A stretch of DNA of 64,000 bases, taken from the IMG/VR virus record IMGVR_UViG_3300038427_000078. One strand, written 5' to 3'. The notes below the pieces were generated by a model. That model was given only the letters and a program-made list of their open reading frames with translations. It searched no databases and was not told the DNA's origin. Below, piece by piece: positions 25,957 to 35,533 of this stretch; position 1 is the stretch's first letter, and every line of letters begins with the position of its first letter. Source of the DNA: a virus. A program made the position numbers and the translations under genes.

Positions 25957-26436
25957 ATGAAAACCACGAACAAGATGAGCCTCCGCGTCTGGACGAATCT
26001 GGATGACGACTTCGCCCACGAACAGCTAGCGGACAATTGGGCCAAGCTCGATGCTCACGATCACACCAACGGGCGTGGTGTTCAGATCCCGACCGAAGGT
26101 ATCTCCGATGAAGCGATCACCTTCGAACTTCTGGCCGAGGAATTGCGGGAACGCCTGTTCGCGGCGACCGAGGAATGGTCCCTCGCCTTCACCGAACTCA
26201 AACCGGGCAAACCAGTCACCGCTACGGCTAGGACAAACGTTCTGGCGACGATAGACCTGACTGCCGAAGTCGAACTCGTAATCTTCGTGGGAGGCAACGA
26301 ACTCACCCGGTTGGCCCAGCCTTCGGGCGTCTTCCCGATCAGTTTCTTCGTGCCGAAAGGTGTGGCATGGGAATGGGGCATTGTCTCTGGCGAAGAAGAA
26401 CACGTCAAATTCACCTACAAGCAGGTTGAACTATGA
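25957..26436 (+). CDS. Minor tail protein
   Basis: LADNWAKLDAHDH, paralogous to the N-terminus of the next gene. Confidence 0.6.
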   Translation: MKTTNKMSLRVWTNLDDDFAHEQLADNWAKLDAHDHTNGRGVQIPTEGISDEAITFELLAEELRERLFAATEEWSLAFTELKPGKPVTATARTNVLATIDLTAEVELVIFVGGNELTRLAQPSGVFPISFFVPKGVAWEWGIVSGEEEHVKFTYKQVEL

Positions 26437-27587
26437 TCACGACCGAACACATGGGCCTAGTGCTGTGGGACTTGGAGAAGGACGACTTCGAACATTCCAA
26501 GCTCGCGGACAACTTCGTCAAAATCGACCAGCACAACCACGCGGGCCTAGTCCTCGAAGGCAAATACAAGAACGAAGACACGGAAGAAGCCGAAAAAGAA
26601 ACTCCGGGTCCATCTTCTGACATCCTCAACTACGCCGAAGACAACGCCGATGTCGCCAAGTGGGAAGCGGTAGGCGACGGCGAGGCCATCCGCACGCCAG
26701 AGGTCGCATCCCCGACCGACACGGCCATCAAGCCGGAAAGCATCTGGCGCTACCTCCTAGCCCTGCGCTCAGTCGGTCATCGTCAGCTTGATGTCAACGG
26801 CGTGTGGCCGGAAAACATCAAGGACGAAGCGGTCGAACGTCGTCACATCAAGAAAAAAGCCATCTGCACGCCGCAGATCGAAGAAGGCTGCATCACTGGT
26901 CCGCTGCTTGAGCAAGGACTCCTGCCGTTGGGCATGGTAGTGGCCTGGTACAAATCACCTGCCGAACCGACACCGGGATCCAAATGGGCTGTCTGCGAAG
27001 GACAGGAATGGAAAACGGTTGCCAACGAACTCGGTGCATCTTACGCCAAGCTCGAAGCGGGCAACATCCCGAACTTGGTTGACAAGTTCATCCGTGGATC
27101 CAAAACGTCGGGCATCGGTGAAACGGGCGGTCAGAGCACTCTCGACCTAGAACACTCGCACACCGTGGATGGGCATGTTCACACGATCAACGGCCACTCT
27201 CACACAGTCGAAGCTCACACGCACACGATTTCGAGCTACACGCACAAACACAACTTCCACGGAGCCAGCATCACATCCCGCGAAAACGCCTTCACCGATG
27301 GGCGTAGGTTCTCTGACTTCAAGGACAACGGTATTCCGATTGGAGAAGGTGCTCCGACTGAAAACACCCTACAGTCTCTCTACGTAGGCGGACAGACCAA
27401 CGAAGAACTTCCGATGTCTGAAAACACCCACAACCACGGAGGCGCTACGGGATCCGCATCACCGGGCACCAGCACTGTCGGGCTGACCTCGAACGTCACG
27501 GCTCCGGGCACGAACAACGCGCTCGAAACGTACAACATCGAACCGCCGTGGTACGGCCTTTGCTACATCATCAAGGTCAAGCGGTAA
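26433..27587 (+). CDS. Tail fibre with collar domain
   Basis: LPLGMVVAW, IPNLVDKFIRG, HxH repeats, PPWYGLCYIIKV. Confidence 0.8.
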   Translation: MITTEHMGLVLWDLEKDDFEHSKLADNFVKIDQHNHAGLVLEGKYKNEDTEEAEKETPGPSSDILNYAEDNADVAKWEAVGDGEAIRTPEVASPTDTAIKPESIWRYLLALRSVGHRQLDVNGVWPENIKDEAVERRHIKKKAICTPQIEEGCITGPLLEQGLLPLGMVVAWYKSPAEPTPGSKWAVCEGQEWKTVANELGASYAKLEAGNIPNLVDKFIRGSKTSGIGETGGQSTLDLEHSHTVDGHVHTINGHSHTVEAHTHTISSYTHKHNFHGASITSRENAFTDGRRFSDFKDNGIPIGEGAPTENTLQSLYVGGQTNEELPMSENTHNHGGATGSASPGTSTVGLTSNVTAPGTNNALETYNIEPPWYGLCYIIKVKR

Positions 27588-27706
27588 AATGGCCTTCTCC
27601 CGTACGTGAATAAGTGGACCGAACGTAGTTAGTAGGGCGTCGGTAGACAGCCCGAAACCCAAGCTAGTAGGCCCATCAACCATCGAATCACAAAGGAACT
27701 ACCAAC

Positions 27707-28378
27707 ATGCCAGGACCATACGTAGGCGTTCGAGCGATTTCTCGCTCACAGAACGTCAGAATCGCAGGACAGAAGGTCACCGAGAACGTCACCACGTACG
27801 TTGACCTCAACCCGGAAACCACCGGAACCTACCCTCGCGCTTACCCGCCAGTCAAAGAGCTTCGCTCCCACTTGGCAATCGGCGCGATCATCGTCGTTGA
27901 GCCGCTAACCTGGACAACCTCAGATTGGGCGGTTCAGAGTGGGCTTGTCGTCACATCTAGCGCACTTGCTGCCAAAAAAACCAAAGTCGTCGTTTCGCCA
28001 GGTGACGTTGAGCAGCGCAGCACGGGGCTAGTCGCCGCAAGCACGGGCAAAGCGTCAACGGAATACACAACCGTAGTCGAAGGCAAAGAACGCATCGACA
28101 TCTTCACGGTTGCTTACACCAACGACGAATCTGGTGCTTCGAAAGAGAAAGAAGGCACCGCTGCCGTAACGGGTAAAGCTGTTCAGCCGGAAACGGAAGA
28201 AGAGGAAAAACTCGTCACATACGCGAAAGAACTCGAAAAAGCGGAAATCACTCAGAAAGAATACAACGAAAAAGTTGCTGTTCTTCCGAAGGAACTGGTC
28301 ATCGCCACCATCACGTACAGCTACCCGACTGGTGGATCCGAAGAACGACCTGTGGTAACTCCGCAGAACCGCGCCTGA
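27707..28378 (+). CDS. Putative virion structural protein
   Basis: SD; T/V/E-rich; context. Confidence 0.55.
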   Translation: MPGPYVGVRAISRSQNVRIAGQKVTENVTTYVDLNPETTGTYPRAYPPVKELRSHLAIGAIIVVEPLTWTTSDWAVQSGLVVTSSALAAKKTKVVVSPGDVEQRSTGLVAASTGKASTEYTTVVEGKERIDIFTVAYTNDESGASKEKEGTAAVTGKAVQPETEEEEKLVTYAKELEKAEITQKEYNEKVAVLPKELVIATITYSYPTGGSEERPVVTPQNRA

Positions 28379-28439
28379 TTCACCGCCGCATTCAAGGGGA
28401 GCGTCCATATTGGGCGCTCCTCTGCTATAATCAGTAGAT

Positions 28440-28925
28440 ATGACTACACCTACCTCACCCGATCTTCCGACCGACGATCTGGTCAAGTCGAAGCAGGAGT
28501 ACGCCGATCTGCTTACCCAGGACATGACGGACGACGAAATCAGCAAATCGTTCGACATCATGCTCCCGATCATCAAGAAGTGGCAAGAGCGATTCATCCG
28601 TCGCGCTGAGAGTTACGCGAACGTCGAAGCTGCGATGGAAGACGTGAACAGGTTCGAGGACGAGTTGAAGTATGAACTTGCCACGAAGCTCAAGATTTAC
28701 GCCACCGTCGATGTGCTACCTTTGCTCGAAGGCAAGCCTCCGGTGATCGTGATCCAGGGTCCACTAGAGGACCACATCATCCACAAGTACGGCTTTGACC
28801 ATGAGAAGAAGGGTTACGAGGTAACCCACGCAACACGCAACGACGAAGCCTATCTTGGGGAGAAGCCGAAACACAAACGGAAGAAGAATGAAGCTCCTCG
28901 ACCAAGTAGAAAACCTGCTACTTGA
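28440..28925 (+). CDS. Hypothetical protein upstream of TerL
   Basis: ORF; TATAAT just upstream. Confidence 0.6.
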   Translation: MTTPTSPDLPTDDLVKSKQEYADLLTQDMTDDEISKSFDIMLPIIKKWQERFIRRAESYANVEAAMEDVNRFEDELKYELATKLKIYATVDVLPLLEGKPPVIVIQGPLEDHIIHKYGFDHEKKGYEVTHATRNDEAYLGEKPKHKRKKNEAPRPSRKPAT

Positions 28926-28968
28926 TCAGCAGCTAGAAAAGTAGCTTCTCCTCCGTCGTAATGGACGG

Positions 28969-29481
28969 ATGCCCCGTGATCGTATCAGACAAGAGTATTG
29001 CGCCAAGGGACATCTGCTTTCCGAGACAGCCCATGTCCGCGAGAACGGCAAGCGTAGCTGTAGCGTATGTCAGAAAGAACGACGAGAGGAACTAAAGGAA
29101 CGTCCCAAGATTTTCCTAGCAGAAAAGCGATGCGGTCGTTGCGAGGTTCCGAAGCCCCTGAACGAGTTCTATCGTGATGCTTCCAAGCCTGACGGCGTTG
29201 GTTATTACTGCAAGGTGTGTGAACGATGGATCAAACTGCTCTACAACTACGGTGTGACCGAGGAGGAATACAACGCCCTTTACGCGAAACAAGGTGGGTG
29301 TTGCGCCATCTGTGGGCACTGTCCTGTCCCGCCAGAACCGTTCTTGGTAGTGGATCACGTTCACGATACCGAGGTCGTGCGCGGACTGCTATGCGGAACC
29401 TGCAACACAGGACTTGGGATGTTGAAAGAGAACCCCGAGATTGTCGAGAAGGCATTGGAGTATCTGTATGAAGCTGCTTGA
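28969..29481 (+). CDS. Endonuclease VII-like homing endonuclease
   Basis: YGVTEEEY...QGGCCAIC...VDHVH...VRGLLCGTCNTGLG. Confidence 0.9.
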   Translation: MPRDRIRQEYCAKGHLLSETAHVRENGKRSCSVCQKERREELKERPKIFLAEKRCGRCEVPKPLNEFYRDASKPDGVGYYCKVCERWIKLLYNYGVTEEEYNALYAKQGGCCAICGHCPVPPEPFLVVDHVHDTEVVRGLLCGTCNTGLGMLKENPEIVEKALEYLYEAA

Positions 29482-31609
29482 CCAGGTGGAAAATTCCCTA
29501 GCGCCTAAGCACATCAGCATCATTGAGTTCGCTGAATCGTCAGACTACTGCGGCAAGACCCTCTATCCTCGGCAGGCCGTTCTTCTCAAGCTGCTCAACC
29601 TTGAGGAGCTAACAGGCGAGGAGGAGGACGTACTCGACTACTGGCTCAAGGGCGGGCGTAACGGTACCGAGATTGAGATTTCGCCCAATGTGCGCGAGCG
29701 TGTCGAATGGCTCCGCGAGAACGACTACCCGCACTTCCGCGAGGCTATCCTCGTCGGGGGTCGCCGTAGCTCCAAGGGATTCTGCACCGGCATCCAGATG
29801 GCGTACGTCATGTGGAACTGCTTGCAGTTGCAGGATCCTGGCGCGTACTACGGCATCGACCCGGAGAAGGAAATCTACTTCTCCTGTGTCGCCGGTTCCG
29901 AGGAACAGGCGAAGGAGTTCCAGTACGCCGACTTTTCGTCAACCGTGACGACGTGCAAGTCCTTCGACCCGTACATCATCAAGTCCCTAGAGACTGAGCT
30001 TCGCATCGCCACCGAGACTGACCTCCGTCGCATTCACACGGAGAAGGCCAAGGGGAACCGCATCCAGAAGGACATCGCTCGACTTCGAGGCAAGGCTCTT
30101 GCCGCGAACGCCGGTACGCTGCGTGGATCAGCTACCATGGCTATCTGCATAGACGAGATGGCGCACATGATCCCCGGTGAGTCGAAGGCTGCCGCTGATC
30201 AGGTCTACAACGCCGCCGACCCGTCCCTCGACCAGTTCGGCGTAGACGGCATGATGTTCTGCAACTCAAGCCCGTACTCCAAGGTGGGTATGTTCTTCGA
30301 CCGCTTCGAAGCGGCAAAGGTGAAGTTCGATCCTGACCGTCCGCTAGATGACGTTGTAGTCGTGGGTGAGGAGGGTGACATCGATATTCATGAACTCAAT
30401 GGCGACCCGCGTATCTTCACCTTGCAGTTCGCGTCATGGTCGCTCTTCGAGGGTTACCAGAAGTCGAAGCACGCCAAGCGCCTCAAATGGACCCTCATGG
30501 CTTGCCCGGAGTGGGACGAGGACGAGAAGAACGAGGACGGCACTCCGTACTGGAACGACAAAGACATCACCGCGATCAAGGCCGCACGTTCCAAGGAGAA
30601 ACAGAACCCGGAGACATACAAAGTCGAGCGTCGTGGCAAATTCGCAGAGGTCACCGAAGCGTACATCCCAGGTGGCGTCGTGGACAAAATGTTCGCGGGC
30701 CTCCCTATCGAATGGGTATCGAAGATGAACCCACGCACGCATGAGCAGGGACCGCTCGAACCTGTGTACGCGGAGTTGGCAACGAATGACATGGGCCGCG
30801 TGGGTGAGTACGGCAGGCACAAGTTCCACATCGATCCGTCATCCACCACCGCTGGATTCGGCTTCGCCATCGCGCATCCGGAGAACATCGTCAACGGGGC
30901 CACAATGGTCGAGGAGGAACACGTTGTCTTCGATGTCATCCAGCGCTGGCAGCCGCAGCACTTCGCGGGCAAAGTCATCGACTGGCACATCGTGCTCCCT
31001 GAACTCGTAGGCTTCGCGGAACTCTTCCGCCCGTTCGAGATTACCTTCGGCCAGCATGAGTCGCTACAGGCGATGCAGGAACTCGATGAAAAACTCCGCC
31101 AGAAAAACTACGGCACGCGCATCTTCCAGTCCAAAGAGACAGCGGAGCTAAACTGGAAGCGTTGGGAGGTCACCAAGACCTCGATGTACTCTGGCTACGT
31201 CCACGCGCCGAAAGACACCGAGGATGCCAAGTTCGCTGCTCTTGAGTTGAAGTTCTTGCAGAAGCAGGCAGGCGCAGGGCGCTGGCCTCGCATCGACAAG
31301 CAGGAAATGGGTCCGGTCCAGACGAAGGATATGGCGGACTGTATAGCCGAGTGTGTGTCCACATTGATAGGCAATCAGATAGCGAACCGCACCCGTGACC
31401 GATTGACCCACTCGGCCCTATTGGGCGGCTCTCCGGGCGGCTACCAGATCGGCCTCGGCAGCAACCCAGCAGTGGGCGGAGCCGGTCCTCCGAACATCTC
31501 CGAGTATTACTCCCGCCGTGATGAGAAGATCGGCGGCGGAGGCAATCCGGCCCGAGGAGTGCTGGGAGGCGGCAGGAACCGCCGCAACCGGAACAAGGCA
31601 AGATGGTAA
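29468..31609 (+). CDS. terL: Terminase large subunit
   Basis: YPRQ, GRRSSKG, ICIDE, NSSP, HIDPS nuclease motif, KDMAD. Confidence 0.85.
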   Translation: MKLLDQVENSLAPKHISIIEFAESSDYCGKTLYPRQAVLLKLLNLEELTGEEEDVLDYWLKGGRNGTEIEISPNVRERVEWLRENDYPHFREAILVGGRRSSKGFCTGIQMAYVMWNCLQLQDPGAYYGIDPEKEIYFSCVAGSEEQAKEFQYADFSSTVTTCKSFDPYIIKSLETELRIATETDLRRIHTEKAKGNRIQKDIARLRGKALAANAGTLRGSATMAICIDEMAHMIPGESKAAADQVYNAADPSLDQFGVDGMMFCNSSPYSKVGMFFDRFEAAKVKFDPDRPLDDVVVVGEEGDIDIHELNGDPRIFTLQFASWSLFEGYQKSKHAKRLKWTLMACPEWDEDEKNEDGTPYWNDKDITAIKAARSKEKQNPETYKVERRGKFAEVTEAYIPGGVVDKMFAGLPIEWVSKMNPRTHEQGPLEPVYAELATNDMGRVGEYGRHKFHIDPSSTTAGFGFAIAHPENIVNGATMVEEEHVVFDVIQRWQPQHFAGKVIDWHIVLPELVGFAELFRPFEITFGQHESLQAMQELDEKLRQKNYGTRIFQSKETAELNWKRWEVTKTSMYSGYVHAPKDTEDAKFAALELKFLQKQAGAGRWPRIDKQEMGPVQTKDMADCIAECVSTLIGNQIANRTRDRLTHSALLGGSPGGYQIGLGSNPAVGGAGPPNISEYYSRRDEKIGGGGNPARGVLGGGRNRRNRNKARW

Positions 31610-31648
31610 GACACGTACTTTAGAGTTGGATCGGGCCGATAACAACTG

Positions 31649-32665
31649 ATGAGACTTTCCGCCACCTACGTATATGAGGGTGACACGATCTTTGCCTTTC
31701 ACGGCAACACCCTGATCACGCACGGAACAGAACACAGCGCAGTCGAGCAGACGGCTGTTGACTACCTCAACAACCTTGTCAAGAAGGACAAGGAGGACGA
31801 CAACGCAACCGAGGTCAAGAGTGCCCGCTTCATCGAAACCCCGAATGGGCTGAAAGGCGAAATCCTTGGCAACGTCAAGGGCCTTTGGGATGACGAGATT
31901 ACGGTGCGTTGGGAGAACGGTCGTATCGCCAAGTACGATACACGTCTTGAGGGCAAGTACACCAAGACCGCAGGCACCGGCGAGCCGGAAAGCGCTCTCG
32001 ACTACCTCACCAAGACTCTCGACGCCGACTACGGTCGCGACAAGACCTCGCTATCTGCTAGGCTCCATGATCTAGACGGCGTTGTCGCCAAGGTCGCCGC
32101 TATCGTGGGCACCGATGAGCTACCGGCAGCCGACGCAAGGCGGCTTGACGGCATCGCTCTCGCAGCAGAGCATGAGCAGAACGAAATCCGCGAGGCGCTT
32201 GCCCACTTGGAGCAGGCGGACTACGAATCCTTCATCCCGGTCGAGCCGTTCAAGGCTTCGGCTGTCGAGCAGGCTTCTCTCGGCCAGGGCGCTTACAACG
32301 AGCGCGTGGGTCGTGGTGGTAGCTGGCTGGACGAGACAATCGATGACATGATCCGCGAAGCAGACTCCACAGACTTCGACCGTCTACTCCTAGAGGGTCC
32401 GGGACAGTTCGTGGTGGACGTTGACACGGCGGCACTTGCCGACCAGGGCGTCACTGCACAGCTAGCACAGACCTTCATCGAGAGCAAGACCGCTGGTCTT
32501 GTTGGTGAGGCTGTCGAAGACTATCGCAAGCAGTTCCTCGCCAAAGCGGAGATTGCTCGTCGCCAAGAGCTACTAGAGCGCCAGCGCACAGCCCGTGTCG
32601 CAGCAGAGAAGCAAGTAGAGCAGGAGAAGAGCGACAACCTCCCCGACGAGTCGCTGTTCATGTGA
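31649..32665 (+). CDS. Putative head protein
   Basis: Between TerL and portal. Confidence 0.55.
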   Translation: MRLSATYVYEGDTIFAFHGNTLITHGTEHSAVEQTAVDYLNNLVKKDKEDDNATEVKSARFIETPNGLKGEILGNVKGLWDDEITVRWENGRIAKYDTRLEGKYTKTAGTGEPESALDYLTKTLDADYGRDKTSLSARLHDLDGVVAKVAAIVGTDELPAADARRLDGIALAAEHEQNEIREALAHLEQADYESFIPVEPFKASAVEQASLGQGAYNERVGRGGSWLDETIDDMIREADSTDFDRLLLEGPGQFVVDVDTAALADQGVTAQLAQTFIESKTAGLVGEAVEDYRKQFLAKAEIARRQELLERQRTARVAAEKQVEQEKSDNLPDESLFM

Positions 32666-34419
32666 TGAGTGACTTTGACTACAACGGATACGGACTCTTC
32701 GAGTCACTAGCCTCAGATCAGCAGGAGGAGCGTCGAGCACAGCGCAAGGCGCTTGTCACTGCGTCTGCCCGAGTTGAGAACACCCTCGGATCCTGGCTCA
32801 AGGCAGCCTCTAGCGGTCCCGAATTCGATGAGCGTTACTCGCTCGTCCAGCAGGAGTTCATCTCAACGATCCGCGAGGCCGCTGAGGAGTTCGGCGTTCC
32901 ACATGCCCCCGTCGCCAACACCATCTTCTCTCACTACCGCACCGCAGCTTACAAGCTAGCTGACAAGGACGAGGACGAGGAGGACGAGAAGTCACTCAAG
33001 GAGGCTCCTGAGCCTGTCGAGAGCGAGAAAGACGAGGAGGACGACGATGACGACATGTCAGATTGGCACTCCGAGTCATCTGTCAAGACCGCTGGTCACT
33101 GCAAGGAGTGCGCTGGTAAGGGCTGTTGCCCAGCCGATTGCGACTGCACCGATTGCTCTTGCTGCGGGGGTAAGCAGAGTTCTTTTTTAGCTGAGGCTGA
33201 TACCCGGACCGCCGATGGTGGCGAGAAGGGACAGTGCTCAGAGTGCGAGAACGAGGGCTTCCTCAAGGGAGGCGTCTGCGGACCGTGCCGTGGCAAGAAA
33301 CTAGAGGAGCGTGAGTCCAAGGACAAGGAGCACTGGATCCAGGATGCAGTGAAGAAGCCTGGTGACCTCCATCGCAAGCTCCACGTACCCGAGGGCGAGA
33401 AGATCCCTGAGTCGGAGATTGAGCACGCCGAGGAGACTGGCGACAAGGATCTGAAAGAGAAAGCGCAGTTCGCAGAGAACGTGCGCAAAGGCCACATCCG
33501 TTGGGCAGCCAAGGAGAGCTTCTACCCAGGCGGCTACGGCAACTCTGACCAGGAACTCGCGTACCTTGACTCCGAGCAGCCGATCAACTACGACGACGGC
33601 TCAATGGAGGGCGACCACCTATCGGGTCGTCACTACGAGAGCGGTCCCGTTCCGGGTTGCCCATGGTGCGAGAACCCTGGACCGGCATGGCACAGCCAGG
33701 AGGCAGAACGCTATGACCCGCACGGTGACTACGACCCGCACGAAGGTCGCGTTGCTGCCGAGGGCGCTGACGCCGACGATTCGTACGAGAAACCAGATCA
33801 GTCACTAGGCGAGGGATCAGAAGCCGAGGGCAATTCCGGTCTATCTGACAAAGCATCGCCGGTTATCGACAAGGGCGAGGCCCGCAAAGACGGTGACACA
33901 GGTTGGAGCCTAGAGTCCGTTGACCCGCCGAGCAAGAAGCACCCGACCGTCCACATGGACCCGACCGTGGTCCTCCCGCGCGAGAACATCAAAACGACAG
34001 TGAAGGATCAGGTCAAGGGCATCGGTGAGTCAGTCACCGAGAGTCAGGAGCTACCGACCTCAACGAACTTCGATGACGCAGGCTTCGCAGGCCCGAACCA
34101 GGAGCAGGCTCCGCACACAGACCAGTGGGGCAACGACGGCCAGGTCGAGCCGGTCACCAACACAGCGCTAGCTAAGCAGCGCTGGGCAGCCGCCTTTCCT
34201 TTGGACCCCAACGCCCCGAGCGGGCGTGACCCTCGCGCACCGCGAGTGGATCCTGCGGCTCCGCCCCGCCCCGAGGATTGCCCGAACTGCCGAGGCGCAG
34301 GATGCGAGTGGTGCCACGGCATCGGAGCCGCTACTCTAGAGCGCGACCTGCCTCCGGGCATTCGTGCCCAGGACGCTACTCCGGGCGGCGTGACTTTCCC
34401 CGCTGAGTGGGTGCAGTAA
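32665..34419 (+). CDS. Acidic modular head-associated protein
   Basis: WIQDAVKKPGDLHRKLHVPEGEKIP module; several CxxC. Confidence 0.6.
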   Translation: MSDFDYNGYGLFESLASDQQEERRAQRKALVTASARVENTLGSWLKAASSGPEFDERYSLVQQEFISTIREAAEEFGVPHAPVANTIFSHYRTAAYKLADKDEDEEDEKSLKEAPEPVESEKDEEDDDDDMSDWHSESSVKTAGHCKECAGKGCCPADCDCTDCSCCGGKQSSFLAEADTRTADGGEKGQCSECENEGFLKGGVCGPCRGKKLEERESKDKEHWIQDAVKKPGDLHRKLHVPEGEKIPESEIEHAEETGDKDLKEKAQFAENVRKGHIRWAAKESFYPGGYGNSDQELAYLDSEQPINYDDGSMEGDHLSGRHYESGPVPGCPWCENPGPAWHSQEAERYDPHGDYDPHEGRVAAEGADADDSYEKPDQSLGEGSEAEGNSGLSDKASPVIDKGEARKDGDTGWSLESVDPPSKKHPTVHMDPTVVLPRENIKTTVKDQVKGIGESVTESQELPTSTNFDDAGFAGPNQEQAPHTDQWGNDGQVEPVTNTALAKQRWAAAFPLDPNAPSGRDPRAPRVDPAAPPRPEDCPNCRGAGCEWCHGIGAATLERDLPPGIRAQDATPGGVTFPAEWVQ

Positions 34420-35489
34420 TGCCTCGCCGCTTCGTGAAGGAGGCGGCTCCGGTCTTCCCTACCGGGTACGCACCACATGAACTAGAGGAACAGCGCCAGG
34501 GTGTTCCACCTGGCGGTGCTCTACCTGCTAAGGAGGATAACCCATGGGGCCAGGTCTACCCGTGCCCCGACTGTGGACAGCCGGTGCGTCATGACTTCCA
34601 GCAGTGCCCGAACTGCGGTAAGGAATCTGTACCTCCCGCTCAGCCAGGAGGACTACCTTCGATTTGGGGTGGTAAGCGCAAGGACGAGACTGAGGAGGAG
34701 GCAGAGGTCGAGAAGGACCAGGATCCGCAGGACAGCGTTCTCGACGCGCTCGAAAAGGGTAACGATCCTTCGTACGAGAAGAAGAGCTACGGAGAGCTTC
34801 CAGAACGCGGACCCGAACGTCGCGTGGAACCCGAGCGTCGTGTTCCTTGGACAGACGAGGACGAGGCCAACCATCAGCGCGAGCTAGAAGAACGCAAGAA
34901 CATGGGCTACAGCACCACGGAGATTCAGCGCGTCCTTCGCGCCGAGCAGGACCGTCGCCAGCAGCAGGACCGCCGACTCAACGACATGTCTCCGATTCAG
35001 TGCCCCGAGTGTCGAGCGGGCACGCTACAGGGACCGGCCTGCAACAACTGCGGCATCACCACTGAGGAAATTCTGAGCAAACCAACCTCCCGCGAAGCCG
35101 ATGTGTCAACCCCGCCTGGTACCACTGTACCGCCCGCCGAAGGTGGTCCGTCAACGCCTCCGAACGCGGTAGAGGGTGAGGGATTGGTACCACAGCATCC
35201 AGTTGCGGAACCCTTCGTGGGCTATCAGGGAGCCGAGACAGGCAACCCGGCCATTGACGAACAGTTGCAGTACGCGGTGCAGCAGGGTGCAACACCAGAA
35301 GAGGTTCGGCAGAAAGCTGCGGAGCAGGGTCAGCAGGCTCTACAGCAGCAGCATCAGCAGGGCTGGACTCCACAGAACATGTATCAGCTAGCCAGCGCCG
35401 AGAATCCGCTAGCTGACATCCTCACACAGTACACCCACGGCTTCGTTTCACAGGCCCGTGTGGACCAAGTACGTAAGCTGCTATCCTAA
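34419..35489 (+). CDS. Modular protein with Zn ribbons
   Basis: CPDC/CPNC and CPEC/CNNC. Confidence 0.55.
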   Translation: MPRRFVKEAAPVFPTGYAPHELEEQRQGVPPGGALPAKEDNPWGQVYPCPDCGQPVRHDFQQCPNCGKESVPPAQPGGLPSIWGGKRKDETEEEAEVEKDQDPQDSVLDALEKGNDPSYEKKSYGELPERGPERRVEPERRVPWTDEDEANHQRELEERKNMGYSTTEIQRVLRAEQDRRQQQDRRLNDMSPIQCPECRAGTLQGPACNNCGITTEEILSKPTSREADVSTPPGTTVPPAEGGPSTPPNAVEGEGLVPQHPVAEPFVGYQGAETGNPAIDEQLQYAVQQGATPEEVRQKAAEQGQQALQQQHQQGWTPQNMYQLASAENPLADILTQYTHGFVSQARVDQVRKLLS

Positions 35490-35533
35490 TAGGGAAGGCT
35501 CCAAGTGGGGTCAAATCAACGACGTAAGTATTG

